Notes: generated by a model from the letters alone, not told the origin. A stretch of DNA of 64,000 bases from Candidatus Multivoradales bacterium (GCA_965223855.1 CBDCXM010000009.1:1184001-1248000), one strand, 5' to 3'; shown: positions 48,574 to 58,069, counted from the first letter of the stretch. Numbers and translations: made by a program.

Positions 48574-49962
48574 ATGCGCCGCCTCGGTCTGCTTCTCCTC
48601 GCCGCCGCAGCGGTGTACTGGGGGGTGCCGGCGGCGGCACCGGCCTTCCTGCTCGGCGGCATCCAGGTCAACGAGCCCGATCACGCTGCGTGGATCGAGG
48701 CGCTCGACGACGCCCGGATGAACACGGTCGCCGTCACCGTGTACGCGAAGCACGGCGACTGGGACTCGGACAATCTGTGGTTCGAGGACGAGGAGCCGTG
48801 GGTCGTTCACGAGGTGCGCGAGGCGCACCGCCACGGCCTCGACTCGGTGCTGGTGCTGCGCGTCGCGCTCGACCACGCCTTCGAGCCCAACAAGTTCTTC
48901 TGGCACGGCATGATCTGGCCGGAGGGCGACGAACGGCTCGCCGAGTGGTTCGACCGCTACGAGCGATTCGCCGTCAAGTGGGGCCGGATCGCCGAAGAGG
49001 AAGGCATCGGAGTGCTGGCGATCGCGAGCGAGCTCAATTCGATGACCAACACCGCGCCGCTCGCCGAGTTGCCCGGTCTCGAGGAGTACTTCGCCAACGA
49101 CGAGAAGGTCGAGGGAGAGAACGCCCGCATCCTCGAGCACGAGGAGACGATCGAGTCGAAGCACCTGTGGGTGCGGGGGCACGATCCGGGCGACTCGCTG
49201 CCGGAGTTTCTCGACGAACGCTCCGCCGCCGAGCGGGCCTGGGCGCTCAGGGTCGCCTATCTCGACGCCGACGACTCGTTAGCGGCGATCAACGCCAGGC
49301 GCAGTGAGCTCGAGCGCCGCTGGCGGCGGGTGATCGCGGCGGTCCGTGAGGTCTACAGCGGCCGCCTGACCTACGCCGCCAACTTCGACCAGTACGAAGA
49401 GGTCGGGTTCTGGGATGCCCTCGACCTGATCGGCGTCAACGCCTACTTCCCGCTGCGACGCCACTACGTGCCGGAGATCGGCGACGGCGAGCTGGAGGCG
49501 CTGCTGGAATCGCGCTGGGCGGTCGTCCTCCGGCGCCTGGCTGCCTTCAGGGAGCGCATCGGGCTTCCCGACCACGAATATCTCTTCACCGAGCTCGGCT
49601 ATGTCCGGCGCCGTCATTCGACGATCGAACCGTGGGCCTCGCACGGCTTCTCGGTGCTGCCGGCGGCGGACGGGGAGCGGTTGGTCGTCTGGGAGGAGCA
49701 GGAGAGCGACCTGGCCGAGCGGGCGGCCGCCGTGCGGGGTCTCTATCGGGCACAGCTCGCCCACCCGCGCAATCTGCTCTCGGGCCTGCTCTACTGGAAA
49801 CTCTCGACGGTCCCGAGCCATGTCGAGGTCGAGCCGTTCGTCCTCGTGCTGGGCGACAGCGACCCCCTCGAGCAGGAACTCGCCGCCTTCGTCGAACGAC
49901 AGCCGTGGGACCGGCTCCGCGGCCTGGGCCGGGCGGCGATCGACAGCGTCAGCCCCGAGTAG
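48574..49962 (+). CDS. GH113-like TIM-barrel glycoside hydrolase
   Basis: IASEL, VREVYSGRLTYAANFD, FWDALDLIGVNAYFPL, FTELGY; signal peptide. Confidence 0.75.
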   Translation: MRRLGLLLLAAAAVYWGVPAAAPAFLLGGIQVNEPDHAAWIEALDDARMNTVAVTVYAKHGDWDSDNLWFEDEEPWVVHEVREAHRHGLDSVLVLRVALDHAFEPNKFFWHGMIWPEGDERLAEWFDRYERFAVKWGRIAEEEGIGVLAIASELNSMTNTAPLAELPGLEEYFANDEKVEGENARILEHEETIESKHLWVRGHDPGDSLPEFLDERSAAERAWALRVAYLDADDSLAAINARRSELERRWRRVIAAVREVYSGRLTYAANFDQYEEVGFWDALDLIGVNAYFPLRRHYVPEIGDGELEALLESRWAVVLRRLAAFRERIGLPDHEYLFTELGYVRRRHSTIEPWASHGFSVLPAADGERLVVWEEQESDLAERAAAVRGLYRAQLAHPRNLLSGLLYWKLSTVPSHVEVEPFVLVLGDSDPLEQELAAFVERQPWDRLRGLGRAAIDSVSPE

Positions 49963-50008
49963 AAGAGAGAAGCTGCCCGTCAGGGTGGCGGGTTCGAGAG
50001 AAGCCGCG

Positions 50009-50539
50009 TCAGGACTTCGCTGCCGCAGTGGCCGCGGCCGGCAGTGCGCCCTGAGGATCGCGAGCCGGCTTCGAATCGCTGGTGCCCTTTCCGGGCGACT
50101 GCTTCGCGGCCTCCGCCGCTGCATTGTCGGCAGCCTCACGCGCCCGGCGGGTCGGCTCCATGTCGATCGAGCCGCGGAACTTGGCGCCGTTCTCGAGCGT
50201 GACGCTCGGAGCGGTGATGTTGCCCTCGAGCTTGCCGGAGGGGCGGATGATCACCTCCTCCTCGCCGTTGAGGTTCCCCTTCACCTCCCCTTCGACGCAG
50301 ATCGAGCGGCTATGGATGTCCGCCTTGATGCGACCGGAGTCGGCGACCACGACACGGTACTTGGGCAGCTTCACCGTGCCCTCGATCGCTCCCTCGATGC
50401 GCAGGTCCTCGGAGCCACTGAGGTCGCCTCGGATCGAGATCGACGCCCCGAGAGTCGACACGCGACCGTCGCTCTTGCGACCGGAGGTCGAGGGTGTCGC
50501 GGGGGTCGAATCGGGGCTGTCGGTACGGTTCCAGGCCAT
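50009..50539 (-). CDS. Bactofilin (polymer-forming cytoskeletal protein)
   Basis: LGASISIRGDL…DLRIEG.IEG, VEGEVKGNL, GNITAP.V.LENGAKFRGSIDM. Confidence 0.92.
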   Translation of the reverse strand: MAWNRTDSPDSTPATPSTSGRKSDGRVSTLGASISIRGDLSGSEDLRIEGAIEGTVKLPKYRVVVADSGRIKADIHSRSICVEGEVKGNLNGEEEVIIRPSGKLEGNITAPSVTLENGAKFRGSIDMEPTRRAREAADNAAAEAAKQSPGKGTSDSKPARDPQGALPAAATAAAKS

Positions 50540-50574
50540 TGGCAGGGGTCCTTTCGGAGAAGGGAGGAAATCAA

Positions 50575-50664
50575 TCGACGGGGAGCCGGCTCGAGAGAGC
50601 TGACCATTGGTGCCTGAGAGAACGCTCGATGATTGAACGATTTCTCAAGCCGACTCCCCGCCGA
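50575..50664 (-). ncRNA. Putative structured RNA element (22-bp stem) in the bactofilin 5' region
   Basis: Arms 50575-50596 and 50643-50664 are inverted repeats. All 3 mismatches are G-U pairs on the minus strand. Confidence 0.5.
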
Positions 50665-50802
50665 ATCTGAGCGTGGAAAGGCGCCGGGCCCGCCACGACG
50701 GCCTGGGGACCGACGGACGTAGGGCGGGCCGAAGGGACGGACCCGGCGATGAGGATTGAGCTCGGTGACATCTGCAATTGGGTGGGATCCAGAGATGAGC
50801 CA

Positions 50803-51351
50803 CTAGAAATCGAAGCGAAGCAGAGCTCCGAGCGTGATGGTGTCGGAACCGCCCCGATCGACGAGATCGACGTCGTCGAAGCGGTAGTTGCCGTGCAGGT
50901 CGAGCCGCACGTTGGGAACGAGATCGATGTTGAAGCCGGCGCGGGCGGCGTAGAACGCGTCCGAGAACCCGTCATCCTCGAAGCCGTCGGAGTAGAGGAC
51001 GCCGACACCGACGCCGCCGTAGAGGCCCTTGCCGAAGAGCGCGTAGACGATCGGCGAGTAGGCCTCTGCGTCCGCGCCCTGGAAGCCGCGCTCGAAGTAC
51101 TCGAGGTCGAACTCCCAGCGGAAGTACTGGTTCGGCAACAGCTGGTAGGCGAACAGATACGACTCTCCCGATCCGGTGATCGAGTCGATCGACGTCGGGT
51201 CGAGATTGTCGACCGTCTCCCAGTAGTGGATGCCGAAGCCGATCTGATGATCGACCGCCGCCAGCGGGTTCGTCGTCGCGAGCGCCAACCCGGCGACGAG
51301 GCCGAGCAGCGGTCGGGTGGCGTTGGGAGAGCGGTGAAGCACGACCCTCAT
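50803..51351 (-). CDS. Small outer-membrane beta-barrel protein
   Basis: Signal peptide; alternating amphipathic strands; C-terminal LRFDF. Confidence 0.75.
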   Translation of the reverse strand: MRVVLHRSPNATRPLLGLVAGLALATTNPLAAVDHQIGFGIHYWETVDNLDPTSIDSITGSGESYLFAYQLLPNQYFRWEFDLEYFERGFQGADAEAYSPIVYALFGKGLYGGVGVGVLYSDGFEDDGFSDAFYAARAGFNIDLVPNVRLDLHGNYRFDDVDLVDRGGSDTITLGALLRFDF

Positions 51352-51471
51352 GGACTGCAGGCGGCGTGCCACCCTGCGAGGATGGAGCTAAGTGCGATGG
51401 GGAAAGCGTTTTCGGCTCATCGACACTGGTGCGGTGCCGGTGGGTCGAAGAGGGAGGCAGGGAAGATCTCC

Positions 51472-52761
51472 CTACCCGGACGGTTCGGCAGGGTGTGGGC
51501 GCCGCTTCGAGAACCGTCGTTCCAGCACGGCGTACTCGGCGGCGATCGAAGCGACGAGCGCCACCGCCCCGACGACGACTCCCCGGCCGCCGACGGCGAG
51601 CCCGACGACCAGCAGCGCCACGGTGACGGCGAGCCTGACCATCATCGCGGTGTGGATCGGCCCGGTGCGGCCCCGGTGCATCAGCTCGCCGCGGCGCCAC
51701 GAGATCAGCGTCGCCAGCGGCACGAGCGGGATCAGGTAGACGAAACCGACGCGGGCGATCTCCACCACCTCGCCGGCCGCCCCCTGGAGCCGCTCGAGGT
51801 AGAAGCCCGACAGAGGGGTGAGCGCGAAGAGCGTCATCGCCAGGAGACCGAGACCGGTGAGCGAGAGCGAGAATCGCCGCACCGCACTCTCGCTCTCAGG
51901 CCGCTTGCGCAGGGCGATGACCGCCTCGGGCAGGGCGTAGGCGGCGGCGCGTGCCAGCAGCAGGAACTGGAACAGGATCGGCCAGGCGGCGAGTGTGGCG
52001 ACCGGCCGGTCGAGGCGCGCCAGGGTGGCGGCGACGAGGGGTTGCATCAGCAGCGTCACGACCGAGGTCATCGCCAGCGGCAGGTGGAAGGCGGCCAGGC
52101 GGCGGTAGGTGACCTCCTCCTCGCCGACCTCGGGCAGCGCGGCGATGATCGGGCGTGCCCGGCGGGTGATGTAGGCCGCCTCGAAGATCACCCCGGCGAC
52201 CAGTGCCGTCGCGCCGACGACCGCGCCACGCAGGTCGGTGCCGAACGCCAGCGCGACCGCGCCTCCCGCCGAGACGGCGAGACGCAGCACGGTGCCGCGG
52301 ACGATGGCGCCGGTCCGGTTCGCGGCGATCAGGACGCCCTGCAGGAAGCGGCGCCAGCCGACGGCAGCGCTCCACGGAATCATGACCGTGAGGGCAGGAT
52401 GGACCCAGCGCGCGATCCCGGTAGGGGCGCCGAGCCACCGGACGACGACGAGGTCGAACACCGGCGGAAGCACGAGCAGGATCGAGACCGCCGTCAGGGC
52501 GATGAGCCAGTGCAGGCTGAACCGGCGGGTCTCGCGGTAGGCGCGGGCATCGTGCGCCAGCGCGGTCGCGGTCGCCAGCAGGTTGATGATCGGGCTTTCG
52601 ATCGTCACCGCGAGACTGACGACGAGGCCGACCGCCGCGAGCTGGGTCACGGCGTCGGGCAGCCGGTTGACGACGGCGCTGACGACGGGCCCCTCGGCCA
52701 GCATCAGCACCCAGCTTGCGCAAAGCGGCAGCCAGAACCGGAGAATGTCGCGCTGCCGCAT
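51472..52761 (-). CDS. MATE/MOP-superfamily (ANKH-like) membrane transporter
   Basis: About 12 TMs with an internal two-fold repeat (FWLPL…LAA / FHLPL…LAA); RRFLQGVLI. Confidence 0.7.
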   Translation of the reverse strand: MRQRDILRFWLPLCASWVLMLAEGPVVSAVVNRLPDAVTQLAAVGLVVSLAVTIESPIINLLATATALAHDARAYRETRRFSLHWLIALTAVSILLVLPPVFDLVVVRWLGAPTGIARWVHPALTVMIPWSAAVGWRRFLQGVLIAANRTGAIVRGTVLRLAVSAGGAVALAFGTDLRGAVVGATALVAGVIFEAAYITRRARPIIAALPEVGEEEVTYRRLAAFHLPLAMTSVVTLLMQPLVAATLARLDRPVATLAAWPILFQFLLLARAAAYALPEAVIALRKRPESESAVRRFSLSLTGLGLLAMTLFALTPLSGFYLERLQGAAGEVVEIARVGFVYLIPLVPLATLISWRRGELMHRGRTGPIHTAMMVRLAVTVALLVVGLAVGGRGVVVGAVALVASIAAEYAVLERRFSKRRPHPAEPSG

Positions 52762-52870
52762 CGTCAGGATCGCCCGAAGAGGGGGAGCTTAGCCGAGCCG
52801 CAGGCGGCTCGGCGACCGGGCGCCGCCAACCAGGTTAAGCATTGCGAACCGGCTATCGGCGGTGTACGAT

Positions 52871-52886
52871 TGTGGAATAGTTCACA
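52871..52886. promoter_or_regulatory. CRP/FNR-family-like box TGTGG-N6-TCACA
   Basis: TGTGGAATAGTTCACA, 9/10 match to TGTGA-N6-TCACA, in an AT-rich patch between divergent genes. Confidence 0.45.
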
Positions 52887-52980
52887 GCGACCCTTCCTCG
52901 GGAGCCGATCGCTCGTGGACGAAGGGGGCGGGGAGATGGGGGTCTTCCTGCCGGAACCAGACCTTGGGGGCAAGGAACCT

Positions 52981-53286
52981 ATGAAGGATGCAGAGCGCCG
53001 CGACCGGCCGCGCAGGCAGGTCGTAGGGGTGCGTCTCCAGTCGCCGACACTCAACGGACGGATCGTCGATCTCAGCGGCGCCGGCCTCGGGATCGAGACG
53101 CCGCAGTGCGTCTCGAAGGGCGATCGCCACAAGGTGACGATCAGCTATGCCGGCAAGCGGGTGACCGCCGATGCCGCCGTGCGCTGGATCGAGCGTGCCG
53201 CCGACCTCGTCGTCGGGCAGTCGCCGGTGCCGGTCTTCCGAGCCGGGCTGCAGCTCAACCGGCCCTCGCGGCTGGCGCGCGCCTGA
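52981..53286 (+). CDS. Stand-alone PilZ-domain protein
   Basis: ERRDRPR (RxxxR) and DLSGAG (DxSxxG); AAGGA RBS; C-terminal end of ORF 50749..53286. Confidence 0.85.
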   Translation: MKDAERRDRPRRQVVGVRLQSPTLNGRIVDLSGAGLGIETPQCVSKGDRHKVTISYAGKRVTADAAVRWIERAADLVVGQSPVPVFRAGLQLNRPSRLARA

Positions 53287-53452
53287 ACCGTCGCCGCGCA
53301 GCGCGACCCGGTCGCGACGAACCTCCGGGCGTGAGCCGCGTACATTAGGCTGAGCATCGCCGAGGGCGGTTGCAACCACCCGGGTGCTTCCGGCATCCTC
53401 GGCAACCCTGTTTCGCCACTGCGAACCTGCAACCCGAGAGGAGTCCCCGCGC

Positions 53453-54262
53453 ATGTCCCAAAGACGGTTCTGGATCACGGCAGCCTGCTGCCTCGCCCTC
53501 ACCCTGCCGCTTTCGGCGCAGATCGACCCGACGACCACCGACGAGCCGGGCCTCGATGAGCTGCCCCTCGAAGAGGTGCTCGACAGCTACTACGACGCCA
53601 TCGGCGGCGCCGAGGGATGGAGTGCCATCCAGTCGCTCAAGATGACCGGCAAGATGGTCATGGGGCCCGGCATGGAGGCACCCTTCACGCTCTACCAGAA
53701 GCTTCCCGACCAGCACCGCCTGGAGTTCTCCTTCCAGGGGATGACCGGAGTGCAGGCGATCGACGGCGACGAGGCCTGGCAGTTCATGCCGTTCATGGGC
53801 AAGACCGAGCCCGAAGCGATGCCCGAGGAGGCGGAGGAGATGCTCCGCGAACAGCTCGACATCGAAGGGCCGCTCATCAACTGGGCAGCCAAGGGCCACA
53901 CCGTCGAGATGCTCGGCGTCGGGCAGGCTCAGGGCACAGACGCCTACATGGTGAAGCTGACCAGAGACAACGGTCGCATCGAGACCTACTACCTCGACGG
54001 CGAAGCGTTCGTTCCCTTCTTCATGGAGACGACGATCGAGATGCAGGGCACCGAGCAGGCGCGCGAGACCACGATCAGCGACTACAAGGAGGTCGGTGAC
54101 GGCCTGATGCTCGCCCACTCCTTCGAGAGCCGCGCGACCGGCATGCCGGGCGGACAGACGATCACGATCGAGACGGTCGAGATCGATGCGGACGTCAGCG
54201 CGGTGGAGTTCTCGATGCCGGCGACGACCGAAGCCGAAGAAGAAGCCGAAGCTGCCGAGTAG
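53453..54262 (+). CDS. LolA-like / outer-membrane lipoprotein-sorting family protein
   Basis: Signal peptide; YYDAIGG…W, DG..AW…PFMG, SDYKEV.DG; GAGGAG RBS. Confidence 0.75.
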   Translation: MSQRRFWITAACCLALTLPLSAQIDPTTTDEPGLDELPLEEVLDSYYDAIGGAEGWSAIQSLKMTGKMVMGPGMEAPFTLYQKLPDQHRLEFSFQGMTGVQAIDGDEAWQFMPFMGKTEPEAMPEEAEEMLREQLDIEGPLINWAAKGHTVEMLGVGQAQGTDAYMVKLTRDNGRIETYYLDGEAFVPFFMETTIEMQGTEQARETTISDYKEVGDGLMLAHSFESRATGMPGGQTITIETVEIDADVSAVEFSMPATTEAEEEAEAAE

Positions 54263-54337
54263 GCGCTTTCGAAGGCGGTGAGAGGCTCGGGTGCGCCGCG
54301 GCGGCCCGAGCTTCGCTGTACTTCCGGGAGGGACGAT

Positions 54338-57300
54338 ATGAACGTGAAGCTGCGAATCCTGACGCTGGCAACGGCGATCACCTGCCAGGTAGCCTCGGTC
54401 GCTCCGACAGCGGCTGCCGGTATCGACTCCAACACCTTTGGAGGGTTGCGCGCGCGCGCGATCGGGCCGGCCACGATGAGCGGCCGCATCAGCGCCATCG
54501 ACGCCGTCGCCGAAGATCCGCTGACGATCTACGTCGGCGCCGCTTCGGGCGGCCTGTGGAGGAGCACCGACGGTGGGACGACCTTCCGTCCGATCTTCGA
54601 CGACTACGCCCAGTCGATCGGCGCCCTCAGGATCGATCCGTCCGACCCCGAGACCGTCTGGGTCGGAACCGGTGAGCCGTGGACGCGCAACTCGACGTCG
54701 ATCGGCGTCGGCCTGTACAAGTCCACCGACGGCGGCGACAACTGGGAGTTCAAGGGGTTGCCCGACTCGGAGCGGATCGCCCGGATCCGGGTCGATCCGG
54801 CCGATGGCGACACCGTCTACGTCTGCGTCACCGGCCGGCTGTGGAGCGCCGGAGAGGAGCGTGGCGTCTACAAGACCGAGGACGGCGGCGAGACCTGGAA
54901 TCGGATCCTCTACGTCGACGACACGACCGGCTGCTCCGATCTCGACATGGACCCACAGGACTCGAGCGTTCTCTATGCCGGCATGTGGGAGTTCCGCCGC
55001 TCGCCGGACTTCTTCCGCTCCGGCGGCCCCGGAAGCGGGCTTTACAAGTCGACCGACGGCGGTGAGAGCTGGGTCGAGCTGACCGAAGATCTGCCCGGGG
55101 GAGACAAGGGGAGGATCACCGTGGCGGTCGCCCCGTCGCGCCCCAACCGGGTGTACGCGGTCGTCGAGGCCGACGACACCTGGCTCTACCGCTCGGACGA
55201 CACCGGCGCCTCGTGGGAGCGGATGAACACGTCGCTGAACGTGGCGATCCGTCCCTTCTACTTCGGTCACATGGTGGTCGATCCGAACGACTACGAGCGG
55301 GTCTACAAGCCGGGACTGACCTTCGGCATCTCGAGCGACGGCGGCCGGTCGTTCACCGGCCCCTTCGGCCCCGGAGGCAACGTCCACAGCGATCATCACG
55401 CGGTGTGGGTCAACCCGCACAACTCGAACGAGATTCTTCTCGGTACCGACGGCGGGGTCTACCAGTCGTTCGACCGGGGCAACTCCTTCCGCTTCATCGC
55501 GTCGCTGCCGGTCTCGCAGTTCTACGAGGTCGGACACGATCTGGAGTGGCCCTACAACGTCTACGGCGGCCTGCAGGACAACGGTACCTGGATGGGACCG
55601 TCCCGTTCGGCCGGCGGCATCACCAACGGCCAATGGCGCAACATCGGCTTCGGCGACGGCTTCCACGCCAACCCCGACCCTGCCGACTCCGACGTCGTCT
55701 ACGTCCAGTATCAGGGCGGTCAGATGCTGCGCTTCCATCGCGACACCGGGCAGATCAAGTCGATCAAGCCGTATGCCGCCGAGGGTGAGCCGGAGCTGCG
55801 CTGCAACTGGAACACCGCCTTCTTCGCTTCGCGGCAGCGCCCTGGCACCGTCTACATGGGCTGCCAGTACCTCTTCCGTTCCAGCGATCAGGGGGAATCG
55901 TGGGAGCGGATCTCCGGCGATCTCACGACCGACGACCCTGCGCGCCAGAGGCAAAGGCAGTCGGGCGGCCTGACGATCGACAACTCGACCGCCGAGAACA
56001 ACACGACGATCTACACCATTGCCGAGTCGCCCCTCGACCCCGACGAGCTGTGGGTCGGAACCGACGACGGCAACGTCCAGCTCACCCGCGACGGCGGGGC
56101 CACCTGGAGCGACGTCACCGCGGCGATCGACGTGCCGGAGAAGCTGTGGGTGACGTTCGTCGATCCGAGCCCGCACGACGCAGGCACGGCGTTCGTGACG
56201 ATCGACGGCCACCGCTCCGGAGACATGAACCCCTACGTCTTCAAGACGACCGACCATGGCGCGACCTGGACTTCGCTCGCGACCGGGCAGCTTCGTGGCT
56301 ACGCGCACGTCGTCCGGCAGGATCCCGACAACCCGGAGTTGCTCTTCCTGGGCACCGAGTTCGGGCTCTGGATCTCCGTCGACGGTGGTGGGCAGTGGGC
56401 GCGTTTCAAGGGCAACCTGCCGCCAGTGCCGGTGCGGGATCTCGACATCCATCCGACCGAGCACGACCTCGTCATCGGAACTCACGGTCGCGGCATCTAC
56501 ATCCTGGATGACCTCTCGCCGCTGCGAGCGCTGACCGCCGAAGTGCTCGACGCCGAGCTGGAGATCCTGCCGTCGCGGCCGGCGGTGCAGTTCCTGAGCG
56601 GTCAGACGCAGGCCTTCACGGGTGACCAGGACTTCGTCGGCGAGACGCTGGGCGAGGTGGCGAGCATCTTCTACTACCAGAAGAAGCGTCACATCTTCGG
56701 CGACATGAAGGTCGAGATCTTCGATGCCGAGGGTGAGCTCATCACGACGCTCCCCGCCGGCAAGCGCAAGGGGCTCAACCGCGTCGACTGGCCGATGCGC
56801 CTGGCGGCTCCCAAGATGCCTCCGGCGACGGTGCTCGCGTTCGTCTTCAACGGTCCGCGGGTGCCGGAGGGCAGGTATACCTACCGCATCACCAAGGGTC
56901 GCGACACCTTCGAAGGCGAGCTGGAGCTGGTCGCCGACCCGCGCGGCCGCTACACCGCCGAGGACCGGCGAGTACAGCAGAAGCTGGCTCTCCAGCTCTA
57001 CGACGACCTAGAGGATCTGACCTACCTCGTCGATGCGTTGCTCGATCTGCACGGACAGGCGACCGCAGCGCTCGAGGATGCGCGCGGCGCTTCGTCGCGG
57101 CGGCTCGAGCAGTACGCCGGAGAGATCGAGGCGTTCCGCGGCACTCTGGTGTCGACGAGCGACGCCGGCTGGTTGTCGGGCGACGAGCAGTTGCGGGAAC
57201 ACCTCGCCGACGTCTTCGGCGGTCTCGCCTCCTACGACGGGAGGCCGACACAGAGCCAGATCGACCGGGCGGCGGTGCTCTCCGGTCGTCTCGAATCGGC

Positions 57301-57496
57301 GCGCGAGAGGTTCGCGGAGCTGACCGGCGAGGCGCGTCTCGCGGCGCTGAGTCAGCGCCTCGAGGCCCCGCTCGTCCTCCTGACCCGCGAGGTGTGGGAG
57401 ATCGAGCAGGAAAAGGGCGGATCGGGGGCGACGTCGCTCAGGCCGAAGCAGCTCGAGCGGCTGCAGCAGCAGGCCTGGTTCGTCCGACTGCGGTGA
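54338..57496 (+). CDS. VPS10/sortilin-like BNR (Asp-box) beta-propeller protein (putative glycosyl hydrolase)
   Basis: RAIGPATMSGRI; repeated S.DGG..W Asp-boxes; DHH..W, GGLQDNG, GTHGRG; helical C-terminus. Confidence 0.9.
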   Translation: MNVKLRILTLATAITCQVASVAPTAAAGIDSNTFGGLRARAIGPATMSGRISAIDAVAEDPLTIYVGAASGGLWRSTDGGTTFRPIFDDYAQSIGALRIDPSDPETVWVGTGEPWTRNSTSIGVGLYKSTDGGDNWEFKGLPDSERIARIRVDPADGDTVYVCVTGRLWSAGEERGVYKTEDGGETWNRILYVDDTTGCSDLDMDPQDSSVLYAGMWEFRRSPDFFRSGGPGSGLYKSTDGGESWVELTEDLPGGDKGRITVAVAPSRPNRVYAVVEADDTWLYRSDDTGASWERMNTSLNVAIRPFYFGHMVVDPNDYERVYKPGLTFGISSDGGRSFTGPFGPGGNVHSDHHAVWVNPHNSNEILLGTDGGVYQSFDRGNSFRFIASLPVSQFYEVGHDLEWPYNVYGGLQDNGTWMGPSRSAGGITNGQWRNIGFGDGFHANPDPADSDVVYVQYQGGQMLRFHRDTGQIKSIKPYAAEGEPELRCNWNTAFFASRQRPGTVYMGCQYLFRSSDQGESWERISGDLTTDDPARQRQRQSGGLTIDNSTAENNTTIYTIAESPLDPDELWVGTDDGNVQLTRDGGATWSDVTAAIDVPEKLWVTFVDPSPHDAGTAFVTIDGHRSGDMNPYVFKTTDHGATWTSLATGQLRGYAHVVRQDPDNPELLFLGTEFGLWISVDGGGQWARFKGNLPPVPVRDLDIHPTEHDLVIGTHGRGIYILDDLSPLRALTAEVLDAELEILPSRPAVQFLSGQTQAFTGDQDFVGETLGEVASIFYYQKKRHIFGDMKVEIFDAEGELITTLPAGKRKGLNRVDWPMRLAAPKMPPATVLAFVFNGPRVPEGRYTYRITKGRDTFEGELELVADPRGRYTAEDRRVQQKLALQLYDDLEDLTYLVDALLDLHGQATAALEDARGASSRRLEQYAGEIEAFRGTLVSTSDAGWLSGDEQLREHLADVFGGLASYDGRPTQSQIDRAAVLSGRLESARERFAELTGEARLAALSQRLEAPLVLLTREVWEIEQEKGGSGATSLRPKQLERLQQQAWFVRLR

Positions 57497-57518
57497 GCCG
57501 ACCGGAGCCGCGCGGTTG

Positions 57519-57899
57519 ATGCAGGTGCTCTGGGTCGGCCTCGGCGGGTTCGCCGGGGCTGTCCTGCGCTGGCTCGTCGGAGGCGCCATCCAGCGCGCCT
57601 CCGGCGGCGCCTTTCCGCTCGGCACTCTGGTCGTCAACGTCCTCGGCTGCTTCGCCCTCGGTTGGCTCTGCGGTGCCGGTGCCGGTCGCGACTGGCTTTC
57701 TCCCCAGGCGCGCTCGTTCCTGACCGTCGGCCTGCTGGGCGGCTTCACCACCTTCTCGACCTTCGCCTGGGAGACGTTCGATCCCGAGAGCCCTCTCGGC
57801 GTCGGCGGAGCGTTCCTCAACGTGGCGCTCCATCTGGTGCTCGGTGTCGGAGCCGTGGCGGCCGGCTTCTGGGTCGGTGCGCGTACCCGAGGAGTATGA
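57519..57899 (+). CDS. crcB: Fluoride channel Fluc/CrcB
   Basis: GG..GAVLR, PLGTLVVNVLGCF, GLLGGFTTFSTF..E. Confidence 0.93.
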   Translation: MQVLWVGLGGFAGAVLRWLVGGAIQRASGGAFPLGTLVVNVLGCFALGWLCGAGAGRDWLSPQARSFLTVGLLGGFTTFSTFAWETFDPESPLGVGGAFLNVALHLVLGVGAVAAGFWVGARTRGV

Positions 57900-57964
57900 A
57901 ACCGGGCCTCGTCCTCCACGAGCCTCGGTCGTAGCCTCCTCTCCCCTCCTGCTGAGTTGAGAGA

Positions 57965-57984
57965 TCTTTGAGCGCTCTTTGAGC
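57965..57984. promoter_or_regulatory. TCTTTGAGC direct repeat, 11-bp period (candidate winged-helix regulator site)
   Basis: TCTTTGAGC-GC-TCTTTGAGC about 85 nt upstream of 58070. Confidence 0.4.
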
Positions 57985-58069
57985 CCGACCTGAAGACCTG
58001 GTGCCTCCGGAACGCTAACCTGCTCGCAGTGGCCCGTCCGACCTCGGTCGGTCGCGAAAGGAGTCGCTC

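Noticed and set aside
50597-50642. Glycine riboswitch (CUCUCAGG on the minus strand) or TPP riboswitch (CUGAGA on the plus strand)
   Set aside because: The other conserved elements (GGAGA…CCGAAG; ACCUGAU…GCGUAGG) are not in the required positions.
53345-56692. 1115-aa antisense ORF, and similar long shadow ORFs (448..2724, 2514..4445, 10259..12640, 33205..35862, 39191..41581, 46423..49182, 50749..52980)
   Set aside because: They overlap well-supported genes, carry no motifs, and have R/G/A/P- or V/L/D-biased composition. This is expected from stop-codon scarcity in high-GC DNA.
57497-57518. Fluoride riboswitch before crcB
   Set aside because: Only 22 nt of intergenic space and no consensus sequence.
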